Assembly: GCF_030684315.1 (NCBI RefSeq)
Contig: NC_081363.1
Span: 67,812,517-67,876,516, forward strand
DNA from: Stegostoma tigrinum
Lineage: Eukaryota
Reading direction: 5' to 3'
DNA length: 64,000 bases
Part shown: positions 12,220 through 23,663 of the stretch, in pieces
How positions within the stretch are numbered: position 1 is the stretch's first letter
Layout: every line of letters begins with the position of its first letter
The notes under the pieces: model-generated
The model's database searches: none
The model's input: only the letters and a program-made list of their open reading frames with translations
Told to the model about the DNA's origin: nothing
Position numbers and translations under genes: made by a program

Positions 12220-14330
12220 ATGGAATGTCCCAAGGACTCCATGCCAAAGCCAATTCTGGTGTTCCCCAACCAGCAACCTTGGTTGAACCGGGAAATCCAT
12301 TGCCTACTAAAGGCCAGGCATGCAGCATTCAAGCCAGACAACCTAGGCCTAGAAAATCCAGATATGACCTTTGCAAAGCCATTAGGGATACCAATAGATA
12401 GTACTGGACCAAGTTAGAGGCCCAAACCAACCAAATGGACGCCTGCCACCACCTTCAACAGCACCTAAACAACAGGATACAAAATGAAGCAGAGCAAAAT
12501 AGTAGACAAAAACACTTCCCTCGCTGATGCACTCAGAGCTTTCTATGCCCAGTTTGAGTAGAAGGCTAGTGGAATGGTGTCACCTGTCCCAACAGCTCAG
12601 GACTCACCTATTCCCTCTATCACCCTGCAGATATCAGATCAATCTTCTTGACAGTCAACCCAAGAAATCAATAGGCCAGGACAATGTCCCTGGCCATGCA
12701 CTTAAACCCTGTGTGGACCAGCTGGCAGAGGTATTCACTGACATCTTCAGCTTCTCCCTCCTGCAAGCCAATGTCCCCACCTGCTTCAAGAAGACCACCA
12801 TCATCCCAGTACAGAGAAAGTATGTGCAACTTGGCTTAATGACTACCACTCAGTGGCTCTGACCTCCATAATCATGGAGTTCTTTGAGAGGTTGTTCATG
12901 GCCTACATCAACACAAGCCTCCTAGCCTGCCTCGATCCCTTATAGTGGATGACAAGCGGATGCCACTTCCCAAGCCCTCCACTCATCCCTGGAATATCTG
13001 GACTTATCAACTACAGCTCTGCCTTCACCACCATAATGGCCTCCAGACTGATCTCAAAACTCCAAAACCTAGGTCTTGGTTCTGCCTTCTGCATCTGCAT
13101 AGACGGAAATCAGTGAAGATGGACAACTGTACATCTTCTACAATAACCTCAACATTGGAGCACCCCCACGGATGCATTCTCCCTGTACACTCACGACTGT
13201 GTGGCCAAATTCCAAATGAATGCTAAATGCAAATTTGCTGATGACACTTCTGTGATAGAATGAATATCAAACAATGATGTGTTAAAATACAGGAAAGAGA
13301 TAGAGGGCTAGTTGTCATGGTGTTGTGATAACAACCTTTCTCCCAATGTCAGCAAAACAAAACAACTGATCATTGACTTCGGAAAGAAAAGAGGAGGACA
13401 CACTCCCATCTACATCAACAGACCAAAGATTGGGAGTGTTGAGAGCATCAAGTTCCTAGGGTGCTAACCTATCCTGGATTTCCTACATAGATGTACCAGT
13501 CAAAAAGGCACAATGATGCCTCTTCGTCCACAGGTGGTTTAGGAAATTTGATATGTCCATAACCTTTACAGATGCATCATAGAAAGCATAATGTCTGCAT
13601 AATGGTCTGGTACAGCAACTGCACTGCCCAGGAGCATAAGAAACTATGGAATGTTGTGTGTTCAGCCCAGATCATCACAGAAGCCAACCACCCATCTATG
13701 GAATCCATTTATACTTCTCACCGCTATGGAAAGGCGGTCAACATTATCAAAGACCCCTCCCACCTCAATAATCCTCACCTACAACCTCTTCCATCAGACA
13801 AAAGATACAGAATTGAACACTGGTTCAAGAACAGCTTCCAACCTTCCGTAATTAGACTGAAGAATGGACTCTAACTTCAAATAATGCTGATCCTGTTAAT
13901 GCTGTTTCAGAGATAGTAGGAACTGCAGATGTTGGAGAATCTGACATAACAAGGTGTAGAGCTGGATAAACACAATAGGCCAAGCAGCATCAGAGGAGCA
14001 GGAAGGCTGACGTTTTAGGCCTCGACCCATCTTCAGAAAAATCTTTCAGAAAATTTTCTGAAGAAGGGTCTACGCCTGAAACGTCAGCCTTCCTGCTCCT
14101 CTGATGCTGCTTGGCCTGCTGTGTTCATCCAGCTCTACACCTTGTTAGCCTTGTTAATGCTGATCTTGCTTCACACGTCTTCTGCGCAATGTAATCTGTA
14201 TGCCTCACTGTGTCTAAGCACCCTATCATCTGTATGTTCTTGCTTAATACGATTTGCATGTACTGCTTACAAAAAAAATCTTTTCACTGTACTTAGGTAC
14301 ATGTGACTACAACAAATCAAATCAAATCAA
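12220..14330 (+). mobile_element. Rex1/Babar-type non-LTR retrotransposon, 5'-truncated and decayed
   Basis: FPNQQPWLN motif; ALKPCVDQLAEVFTDIFSFSLLQANVPTCFKKTTIIPV; KFADDT; 3' end TTTTCACTGTACTTAGGTACATGTGAC followed by (CAAAT)n. Confidence 0.85.
13905..14147. mobile_element. Palindromic PLE mini-element, CTGAAGA subfamily, inserted in Rex1
   Basis: Inverted arms meet at CTTCAGAAAA...TTTTCTGAAG; TSD TGTTAATGCTG at 13894-13904 and 14152-14162. Confidence 0.9.
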
Positions 14331-14619
14331 TTCAGTAATATCTGGGCAAGAACTCTCAGTTGAAAAGGACGGGGAATTTCAGCAAAATTAATGGCACATG
14401 GGCATCTCACCTGTAGTAGTTTTCAGTTGGCTAGTACTGAGGGAATTTTAAACTGCAAGTATCTGGTAGTTTTCTATGGAAATGGCTGCCTGACGCAAAG
14501 ATGAAAAATGACCTCTCCTCAACATTCAGTTGTGTTTCTCAGTCAGTATGCCAGTGTAATTTTAAGAGAAATACTCATGATACCACACTGTATCAAAGCA
14601 TGTAACCAACAGGTATAAA

Positions 14620-16160
14620 TCGCAAACTTCACCTCAACCGGGACCATCTGAGGCTTCACACTTGTGGAAGCATGCTGCTGTCTATTGTTATCCACCCCCT
14701 TTATAGTTGCCCGAACTATAGGTGCCTGTGAATATAATGGCTGTATACAACACCTAGCTGTAATAAAGTCTGTTGGATTCTTCAGCGCCATGATACATAT
14801 ACCCAATTTCTTAAGTTCCTGAATAACGGAACCTCCAGAAGCAGGTGGTGATGGTGAGGGAAAGCACTGAACAGAGGAGCTCAAACTGTAATACTGAGGC
14901 CATCAGCAACAGGTGGGAGTAGTGAAATGGACACACACTGGAAAAATGAGTGTTTTGGGCAATTAGGCCTCATAGAAAGAAGAGCATACAGACAAAAGAT
15001 TCATCATCCCAATGTTAACTATGAACTCCATTTCATGGAAGTGCTTCCTTTTTTTAACCTGTATTTTCCATCATATTTGTAATGATCTGATACTAGTGGA
15101 ATAAAGAACTGCTGCTTCACGGTCTTTGGGCCTCCTGCATGTTCAAATCTTACATGACATTTCTGGTGTGTTCAGCAGGATTCTACAGAACAATCATCAA
15201 ATCGTAGCAGATAAGATGCTGTTCAATAGGACTGAGAGAAGCACAAAGAAGAAAATATACTGAAAGGTTGCAAGGCTGAGTGGGTAGACTACTAAGCTGG
15301 CAGAAGGATACTTATCTAAAGTTGGAATATAAGGGGCCAAAATAACATGCAGGATGTATGGGACCCTGAACCACAAAACATCAAGCAGCTGGATACAGGT
15401 AATCACATCTATTTTGTTGAACCTATAGCTAAGGTCAGCCTTGGAAAATGGTTTGCAGAGTGGAGTTGCTTGAGGCCGGGAATCTGTTTAATGTCCTTGT
15501 TGCAAGACAGCATTGCAGAGCTTGAAATATTGGTGCATGATGCCTCAAGTGAAGTGGAGTCAAATGACGATGTGGAATCCTGAAGTGAGCTGTGTGTTGT
15601 GAATTCAGGGGACATATCCTGTGTGGAGAGGTCTACTTCCACCCTGGAAAGCGGTGCACTGGAGGCCTTTCGGGAGAGGGAGCAAACAAAGTAGTAGGCC
15701 CTTGCAAACTCCTGGACGCCTGACAATCTGGACACCAGAGTGTGTGATCCACCACAGAGCTTGGATCCCTTGGAAGAGACCAGTACAAAATAGAGACAGA
15801 AGAGTTCTTCTCAACTAAATGCTGGATACCACCCCAATTCTTACCATTTGCTCAGTTTGAAGATGCAAGAAAATATGCAAGTGGTGTGGGTGAAGAAGGA
15901 TGACTGAAGTAGTCAAACAGACCATCCCTGGGAAAAAAAAGGTGTCTTTGGGGAATGAGGCTTTGTGGGAAGAAGAAGCAAACAGATGAATGCTTCCCCA
16001 ATCCTATGCAGACTTCTCCTTCATTCCATGCAAATGTTGTAATTATTTTCTAAACTGACCATAATTTTTTTTCATGGTTGTAGTGACTTGATGCCAGTGG
16101 AATAAAGAATCCCTGCCTCATGATCTTTGGGCTGATCATGTGTGCAAGCCTTGTGTTACA
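14620..16160 (+). mobile_element. Ancient LTR-like element: two diverged direct repeats around a short internal region
   Basis: Collinear shared blocks in ~14620-15159 and ~15703-16160 (GCAAACT, ATCCACC, CCCAATT, GTGGTG..GGTGA, AGTGGAATAAAGAA, TCTTTGGGC, terminal ACA); PBS-like TGGTGTGTTCAGCAGGATTC just after the first repeat. Confidence 0.6.
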
Positions 16161-17049
16161 ATGGGATAATATAAGCCTTATTGCATTAGGCAAAATACCT
16201 TGCTGGAGGCAATACCCACGTAATTAACTTAAATAAATTGCAAATAAATTTAATAAACTTAAATACATTTCTCCAACAAAAACACAAAATCTTCAAGAAC
16301 ATTTGGAATATTGTTGTGGTTTTAAATGTGGCTTTTCTTTGAATTACTTATTCCCAAATCTTCAGTCTGTTAAGATAACCACCTCCCTGGTGCTGCAATG
16401 GTAAGTTATCAGTGGGTATCTGGGCAGCTTTCAAATCTCTGTCAACTAACTAGTTACTTGAAGATAGCTGCTTGGCAGCATCAGAAACTGCCTGTTGTAA
16501 ACATACTCACTGCATGGAAACAGCATCGTTCTTCTCAATGGTTTTCACTCTGCTACTTAGGCTCAGAATGAAGTGTAGTGTCATTAGACAATTTTTAAAC
16601 AACCAGCCACAGTTTTTCCACAAGATCTTCATGTATGAAGAAACACTTTGCTAGTGCTCCACACAAATACCTTTATTGCATTTCAACAAGGAATGCTAGT
16701 TTAGCCAAAAACATTGTCAGAAAAGCATTTTCTCCCCCTTCCAAAAGGTATCCCTGCATTATCAAAGGTATGAATGCTAACTTAACATATTGGGTAAAAG
16801 CTTGATTCTAAGCTGAAAGACAATTTAGTAATGCCTGTATCATAGAGATTTCATTTTGCTGGTTAGCTAGACACTATTTGATATTCAAGGAAGGTGTTGT
16901 ATATTGCTGTGACCAAAATGAATCTTCCTATCAGTTCTGTTCACAGTGTAACATCAGCATAACAGACTTTGAAATAAGGACTATGAACAATCTTGAAAAT
17001 AATTAAAATGAAAGAATATAAGCTTACTTTGATTATTATGTTCATTACA

Positions 17050-17275
17050 CATTCATGCATTTATTGGCCACCCCCAATTACCCTTAAGAAGTGAGTGTTA
17101 AGATGCTTTTTCAACACACAGCAGTTAGTTACATCCATAGAGCTGTAAGGAAAGGAAGTTCCAGGATACTGACCTAGTGACAATGAAGGTGTATTGTTAC
17201 AGTTCCAAGTCAGGATGATATGTAGTTTGGAGCAGAACTTTCAGGTGATGTCCCCATGTAGCTGCATTTGTTCTT
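17050..17275 (-). mobile_element. 3' fragment of CR1/L2-group LINE (family of 30580-31220)
   Basis: Reverse complement of the tail type GGGCAATAAATGC; also GGAAGTTCCAGGAT..TGACC.AGTGACAATGAAGG. Confidence 0.6.
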
Positions 17276-17894
17276 GTAGGTGGCACAGACTGCAGCAATG
17301 GCTAAACCTACAGACATTACAAGTCATGAAGAAGTGTCCAATACCATTTTAATTTATACACCTAGTGAAAAGGTAGAAGTAAGCTTTCTAAAGGTTGAGG
17401 AAGCAAGGATTGGGCAGGGTTCTCAAGGTAGACAAGGTAGCCAGGAAAGAACTAAAGAATGGATGTACGAGAGCTAGGAGGGGTTCTGAAAAAACCTGAC
17501 AGGTAGGATCAAGGAAAACCTCAAGGCGTTCTATGCTTATGCGAGGAACAAGAGGATGGCCAGAATGAGGGGAGAGCTAATCAGGGATAGTGGAGGAAAC
17601 TTGTGTGCGGAGTCAGAGGAGGTAAGGGAGGCCCTTAATGAATACTTTGCTTCAGTATTCACCAGTGAGAGGGACTTTGACGTTTGTGAGGACAGCATGA
17701 AACAGGCAGATATGCTCGAACAGGTGATGTTCAGAAGGAGGATGTGCTAGAAATTTTGAAAAACATGAGGATAGATAATTCCCCTGGGCCATACAGGATA
17801 TTCCCAAGGTTAATTCAGGAAGCAAGGGAAGAGCTTATTGACCCTTTGGCGATGATCTTTGCGTCCGCACTGTCCACTGGAGGAGTGGGGGGAC

Positions 17895-18398
17895 GGGAAC
17901 CCTGCAGCCTAATGGTATCAATGTGGACTTCACCAGTTTCAAAATCTCCCCTTCCCCCACCGCATCCCTAAACCAGCCCAGTTCGTCCCCTCCCCCCACT
18001 GCACCACACAACCAGCCCAGCTCTTCCCCTCCACCCACTGCATCCCAAAACCAGTCCAACCTGTTTCTGCCTCCTTAACCTGTTCTTCCTCTCACCCATC
18101 CCTTCCTCCCACCCCAAGCCGCACCCCCATCTACCTACTAACCTCATCCCACCTCCTTGACCTGTCCGTCTTCCCTGAACTGACCTATCCCCTCCCTACC
18201 TCCCCACCTATACTCTCTCCACCTATCTTCTTTTCTCTCCATCTTCGGTCCGCCTCCCCCTCTCTCCCTATTTATTTCAGAACCCTCACTCCATCCCCCT
18301 CTCTGATGAAGGGTCTAGGCCCGAAACGTCAGCTTTTGTGCTCCTGAGATGCTGCTGGGCCTGCTGTGTTCATCCAGCCTCACATTTTATTATCTTGG
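17895..18398 (+). mobile_element. PLE 3' fragment (end of GIY-YIG ORF and pLTR, no tail)
   Basis: Near-identical to 51143-51640. Confidence 0.92.
18301..18332 (+). ncRNA. Minimal type I hammerhead ribozyme motif in PLE pLTR
   Basis: CT-CTGATGA(18303-18309)-A-GGGTCTAGGCCC (stem II)-GAAA-CGTC-AG; predicted cleavage after 18330; palindromic ACGT stem III. Confidence 0.68.
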
Positions 18399-19914
18399 AT
18401 ACAGAATTGGCAGTCCAATCAAAGACAGCGGGTGGTAGTGTATGGAAAGTATTCAGCCTGGAGCTTGGTGACCAGTGGTGTTCCACAGAGATCTGTTCTG
18501 GAACCTCTGCTCTTTGTGATCTTTATAAATGGCTTGGATGAGAAAGTGGAAGGGTGCGTTAGTAAGTTTGCCAATGGGACTAAGGTTGGTGGAGTTGTGG
18601 ACAGTGTGGAGGGCTTTTGTAGGTTGCCATGGAACATTGACAGGGTGCAGAGCTGGGCACAGAAGTGGCAGATGGAATTCATACCAGAAAAATATAAAGT
18701 GGTTCATTTTGGAAGGTCAAGTGTGAATGCAGAATACAGGGTTAGTGGCAGGATTCTCGGCAGTGGGGAGGGTCAAAGGGATCTTGGGGTCCATGTCCAT
18801 AGATTCCTCAAAGCTGCCACCCAAGTTGATAGGGTTGTTAAGAAGGCACATGGTGTGTTGGCTTTCATTGGCAGAGGAATTGAGTTTAAGAGTCATGAGG
18901 TTATACTGCAGCTCTACAAAACTCTGGTTAAACCACAATTGGAATATTTTGTTCAGTTCTGGTCACCTCATTATAGGAAAGATGTTGAAGCTTTAGAGAG
19001 GGTGCAGAGGACATTTACCGGGGTGCTGCCTGGACTGGAGGGCAGGTCTTATGGCAAAAGCTTGAGGGAGCCAGTGCTTTTCTCATTGGAGTCAAGAAGG
19101 ATGAGAGGTGATTTGATAGTGGTGTAAAGATGATGAGAGGCAGAGATAGAGTGGATAGTTAGAGACTTTTCCCAGGGCGGAAATGACTATTATGAGGGGG
19201 CATAATTTAAATGTGATTGGAGGAAAGTAAACAGGAGATTTCAGAAGTAGGTTCTTTATGCAGAAAGTGGTGCGTGTGTGGAATGCGCTGCCGGCAGTGG
19301 TAGTGGAGTCAGATGTTTAGAGATGTTTAATCGACTCTTGGACAGGCACAAGGAGGATAGTAAAATAAAGAGTATGTATGGTAGATTGATCTTAGTAGGA
19401 TTATAGGTCAGCACAACATTGTGGGCCAAAGGGCCTGCACTCTGCTGTACTGTTCAATGTTCTATGTTCTAATGTCCATCAAGCCCTCACCTCACCCATT
19501 CCTCATTCAAGCCTAAACCACAAACTATTAGTTTCTAACACAGATCCCATATTTTATTACATTTAATTAATCAAATTTAAGTAATTCAATATGACAGAAA
19601 TCTTTGCCTGTTACATCAGGAGGGAATCCAGGGAAAACAAACAGAAGCTTGCAAATAATGCAGTAAAATTAGCAGCATGATTACTCTTGGCCATCTCTGA
19701 TCATCTTCCGGTGATTGGAACAGCCGTGTTGAAAGAGGTTTGCCACTTTTCGCAAGAAATACTACATAATCTGAATGACCTAAAAGGACTGACAATTTAG
19801 AGTTCAGAATGTAAAATAAAGTGAAATCAATGGTTTTAAAATAGCGAAAGGGTAATTGTGATCCTGCTTTATTCACTTGTATTAATTTGACCAATCCTAC
19901 TCTATCTAAATGCA

Positions 19915-20945
19915 AAAGAGCTGACGTTTTGGGCCTAGACCGTCCATCAGAAAAGGGCGATGAGGAGAGGGTTCTGAAATAAATAGGGAGAGGGGGGAGG
20001 TGGACCGAAAATGGATAGAGGAGAAGATAGGTGGAGAGGACAGTACAGGTGGGGAGGTAGGGAGGGGATAGGTCAGTCCAGGGAGAATGGACAGGTCAAG
20101 GGGGTGGGATGAGGTTAGTAGGTAGGAAATGGAGGTGCTGCTTGAGGTGGGAGGAGAGTAGAGGTGAGAAGAAGAACAGGTTAGGGAGGCGGAGACAGGC
20201 TGGGCTGGTTTTGGGATGCGGGAGGGGGAGGGGAGATTTTGAAGCTTGTGAAATCCACATTAATATCATTGTGCTGTAGGGTTCCCAAGCAGAATATGAG
20301 TTGCTGTTCCTGCAACCTTTGGATGGCATCATTATGGCACTGCAGGAGGCCCAGGATGGATATGTCGTCTAAGGAATGGGAGGGGGAGTTAAAATGGTTT
20401 GCGACTCTGAGGTGCAGTTGTTTCCTGCAAACCGAGCGGAGGTGTTCTGCAAAGCAGTCCCCAAGCCTCCACTTGGTTTCCCCAATGTAGAGGAAGCCAC
20501 ACCGGGTACAGTGGATGCAGTATATCACATTGGCAGATGTGCAAGTGAATATCTGCTTGATATGGAAAGTCATCTTGGGGCCTGGGATGAGGGTGAGGGA
20601 GGAGGTGTGGGGGCAAGTGTAGCATTTCCTGCGGTTGCAGGGGAAGGTGCCGGGTGTAGTGGGGTTGGAGGGCAGTGTGGAGTGGACAAGGGAGTCCCGG
20701 AGAGAGAGGTCTCCCCGGAAAGCAGACAAGGGTGGGGATGGGAAAATGCCTTTGGTGGTGGGGTCAGATTGTAGGTGGCGGAAGTGTCAGAGGATGATGC
20801 GTTGTATCCGGAGGTTGGTGGGGTGGTATGTGAGGACGAGGGGGACTCTCTTTTGGTGGTTATTGCGGGGATGAGGTGTGAGGGATGAATTATGGGAAAT
20901 GTGGTCGACACAGTCGAGGGTGTTCTCGACCATTGAGTGGGGGAG
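19915..20945 (-). mobile_element. PLE 3' fragment (GIY-YIG and partial pLTR)
   Basis: ORF 20181-20729 reads GTFPCNRRKCYTC...NVIYCIHCTRCGFLYIGETK. Confidence 0.92.
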
Positions 20946-20949
20946 GGGT

Positions 20950-21926
20950 ATCTGACCCCACCACCAAAGACTTTTTTCCCTCCCCACCCTTATCTGCTTT
21001 CTGGAGGGACCACTCTCTCCATGACACCCTTGTCCACTCCACATTCCCCTCCAACCCCACCACACCCGGCACTTTCCCCTGCAACTGCAGGAAGTGCTAC
21101 ACTTGCCCCCACACCTCCCCCCTCACCCCCAACCCAGGCCCCAAGATGAATTTCCATATCAAGGAGATGTTCACCTGCACATCTGCTAATGTGGCATACA
21201 GTATCCACTGTTCTCTTTGTGGCCTCCTCTACATTGAAGGCTTCGGGACCCTTTGCAGAACACCTACACTCGGTTCACAATAAACAACTGCACCTCCCAG
21301 CCGCGAACCATTTCCACTCCCCCTCACATTCTTTAGATGACATGTCCATCATGGGCCTCCTACAGTGCCACAATGATGCCACCCGAAAGTTGCAGGAACA
21401 GCAACTCATATTCCGCTTGGGAGCCCTGCAGCCCAATGGTATCAATGTGGACTTCACCAGCTTCAAAATCTCCCCTTCCCCTACTGCGTCCCAAAACCAG
21501 CCCAGTTCGTCCCCTCCCCCTACTGCACCACACAACCAGCCCATCTCTTCCCCTCCACCCACTGCATCCCAAAACCAGCCCAGCCTGTCTCTGCCTCCCT
21601 AACCTGTTCTTCCTCTCACCCATCCCTTCCTCCCACCCCAAGCCGCACCTCCATTTCCTACCTACTAACCTCATCCCACCTCCTTGACCTGTCCGTCTTC
21701 CCTGGACTGACCTATCCCCTCCCTACCTCCCCACCTATACTCTCCTCTCCACCTATCTTTTTTTCTCTCCATCTTTGGTCCGCCTCCCCCTCTCCCCCTA
21801 TTTATTCCAGAACCCTCACCAAATCCCCCTCTCTGATGAAGGGTCTCGGCCCGAAACGTCAGCTTTTGTGCTCCTGAGATGCTGCTGGGCCTGCTGTGTT
21901 CATCCAGCCTCACATTTTATTATCTT
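20950..21926 (+). mobile_element. PLE 3' fragment (GIY-YIG and pLTR, no tail), head-to-head with the previous fragment
   Basis: ORFs 20885-21283 and 21189-21602; hammerhead motif at 21833-21860. Confidence 0.92.
21831..21862 (+). ncRNA. Minimal hammerhead ribozyme motif in PLE pLTR
   Basis: CT-CTGATGA-A-GGGTCTCGGCCC-GAAA-CGTC-AG. Confidence 0.65.
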
Positions 21927-22660
21927 GTATCCATTTGTGACCTACTTTTGCAGTCTTCACAACTGACTTTTCTACCTGTATTTGTGTCATCAGTAAATTT
22001 AGCAGCCACACCTATGGTTCCTTCATTCAACAGATTTATAAAGATTGGAAAAAGTTGAGGTTCCAGCACTGTTCCCTCTGGCACCTCACTTATTGAGTCT
22101 TGCCAACCAGAATAAGATCCATTTGTGGTTACTCTCTGGTTTGTGGCAGATGCCCAATCTTCTATTTGTGATGATTTGTTTCCCCCGACAACATGAGTCT
22201 TAAATTCTGCATTATCTTGGACGTGGGAATTTATCAAATGCTCTCGGAGAGCTATGCACAGCAAATCCACTAGTTTGCATTTACTTCCATCACATGTTAC
22301 TTCTTTAATGAACTCCAATAAATTGGTTAAATCCATTCACAAATCTATGTTGACTCTGCTTGATTACCTCGAACTTTTTTAAGTTCTTTGCTATTTTGTA
22401 TTTAATAGTAGCTTCTGGCAATTTCCCCTGTGTCAGATATTAAACTAACTGCCCTATAGGTTCTTGCTTACGGTCTCCCTCACTTTTTGAATAAAGAAGT
22501 TACATCCATTGTCTTTCAAACTGATGAAACCTTCTCTGAACTTAGGAAATTTTTGAAAAATGTAACACAACAAATAATTCACTGTCCATCTCTTTTTAGA
22601 CCCTATAATGAAGTTCGTCAGAATCTGGGGACTCGCCACTATGCAATTGCAACAATACCT
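21927..22660 (-). mobile_element. Old CR1 LINE RT fragment
   Basis: ORF 21920-22336 reads LTNLLEF...VPEGTVLEPQLFPIFIN...KFTDDT. Confidence 0.8.
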
Positions 22661-22744
22661 CTTCCCTGGTAACTATAATTTTCTTGAGCTCCTCCTTTCC
22701 TTTTGTTTCATGAGCTGCAGCTACTTCTGGGATGTAGCATACTC

Positions 22745-22747
<3 letters not shown>

Positions 22748-22780
<33 letters not shown>
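22748..22780. repeat. (CT)n microsatellite
   Basis: Direct reading. Confidence 0.95.
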
Positions 22781-22781
<1 letters not shown>

Positions 22782-23444
22782 AGTGAAGCCCATTTCCAAA
22801 CTTGGTGTAACAGATTTTATGTAAACTTTTCTCTCTGCAGTTGAATTAGGTTGAAAGGGTTGTTTTCTTTGAGATTCAAGTAACTATGAGATTTAATTGT
22901 AGTGCAAAAATTATGAACAGTCCAGGTAGAGTCGAAACTAAAGATCTTATTTCGTCACCAGTGAGAGACAATACTGGGGCCTTTGATTGGATCCACTAAA
23001 AGGGAGGATTATTCGAGGATGAAGCGAGATTTTATTTCACCCAAAGTCCAAGAGTTTTATATGGCTGAATGGGACATGGAGGGAGACTTGTTTACCACTT
23101 TTAAAAAATGCTTCTATAAATGCTTGCAGTATCATATCCTACAAGGCAACAGGCCAAAACCTGAATTGTGGGATGAGGCTGGATAGTTTTGTCTGGCAGG
23201 AACATGATGGGCCTAATGACTTCTGCAAGCCAAATTCCTTTATGCTATGCAATAAAAAACTTTATTTCTTGCATGATACTAGGATATGTTGGAATCTTTA
23301 TGTTCCAATTTATAGTTTTGATTACTGAATAATAGCTTGTAAGTGCTTTCAGTTAAGATACATGTTCATAGAGCTATTTGGCCATGAGAATACATTCAGC
23401 ATTCATGGCTGAATTGCCAATAGCTGGCAGTAGTTAATTTTTGA

Positions 23445-23663
23445 ATAACAAGGTGTAGAGCTGGATGAACACAGCAGGCTAAGCAGCATCAGAGGAGCAG
23501 GAAGGCTGACATTTTGGGCCGAGACCCTTCTTCAGAAGAAGGGTCTAGGCTCAAAACGTCAGCCTTCCTGCTCCTCTGATGCTGCTTGGCCAGCTGTTTT
23601 CATCCAGCTCTACACCTTGTTATCTCAGATTCTCCAGCATCTGCAGTTCCTACTATCTCTGAT
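23445..23663. mobile_element. Palindromic PLE mini-element, CTGAAGA subfamily
   Basis: Apex CCCTTCTTCAGAAGAAGGG (~23534); GTAGTTAATT repeated at 23430-23439 and 23664-23673. Confidence 0.9.

Larger units (their letters stand above)
17440..19470 (+). mobile_element. CR1 LINE ORF2 fragment interrupted by a PLE segment
   Basis: IKENLKAFYAY, ALNEYFASVF, SPGPYRIFPRLI, then from ~18397 WIQNW...SGVPQRSVLEPLLFVIFIN...WAQKWQMEF...QFWSPHYRKD; tail (TTCTATG)n at ~19460. Confidence 0.92.

Noticed and set aside
15409-15927. Apparent two-exon minus-strand ORF (15927-15845 spliced in frame to ~15769-15409) with plausible splice signals
   Set aside because: No recognisable protein similarity, and it lies antisense across the putative LTR element; in-frame joining can easily occur by chance
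16366-16400. 35-bp exon-like segment with a GTAAGT donor on the plus strand
   Set aside because: Too short to distinguish from chance without transcript data
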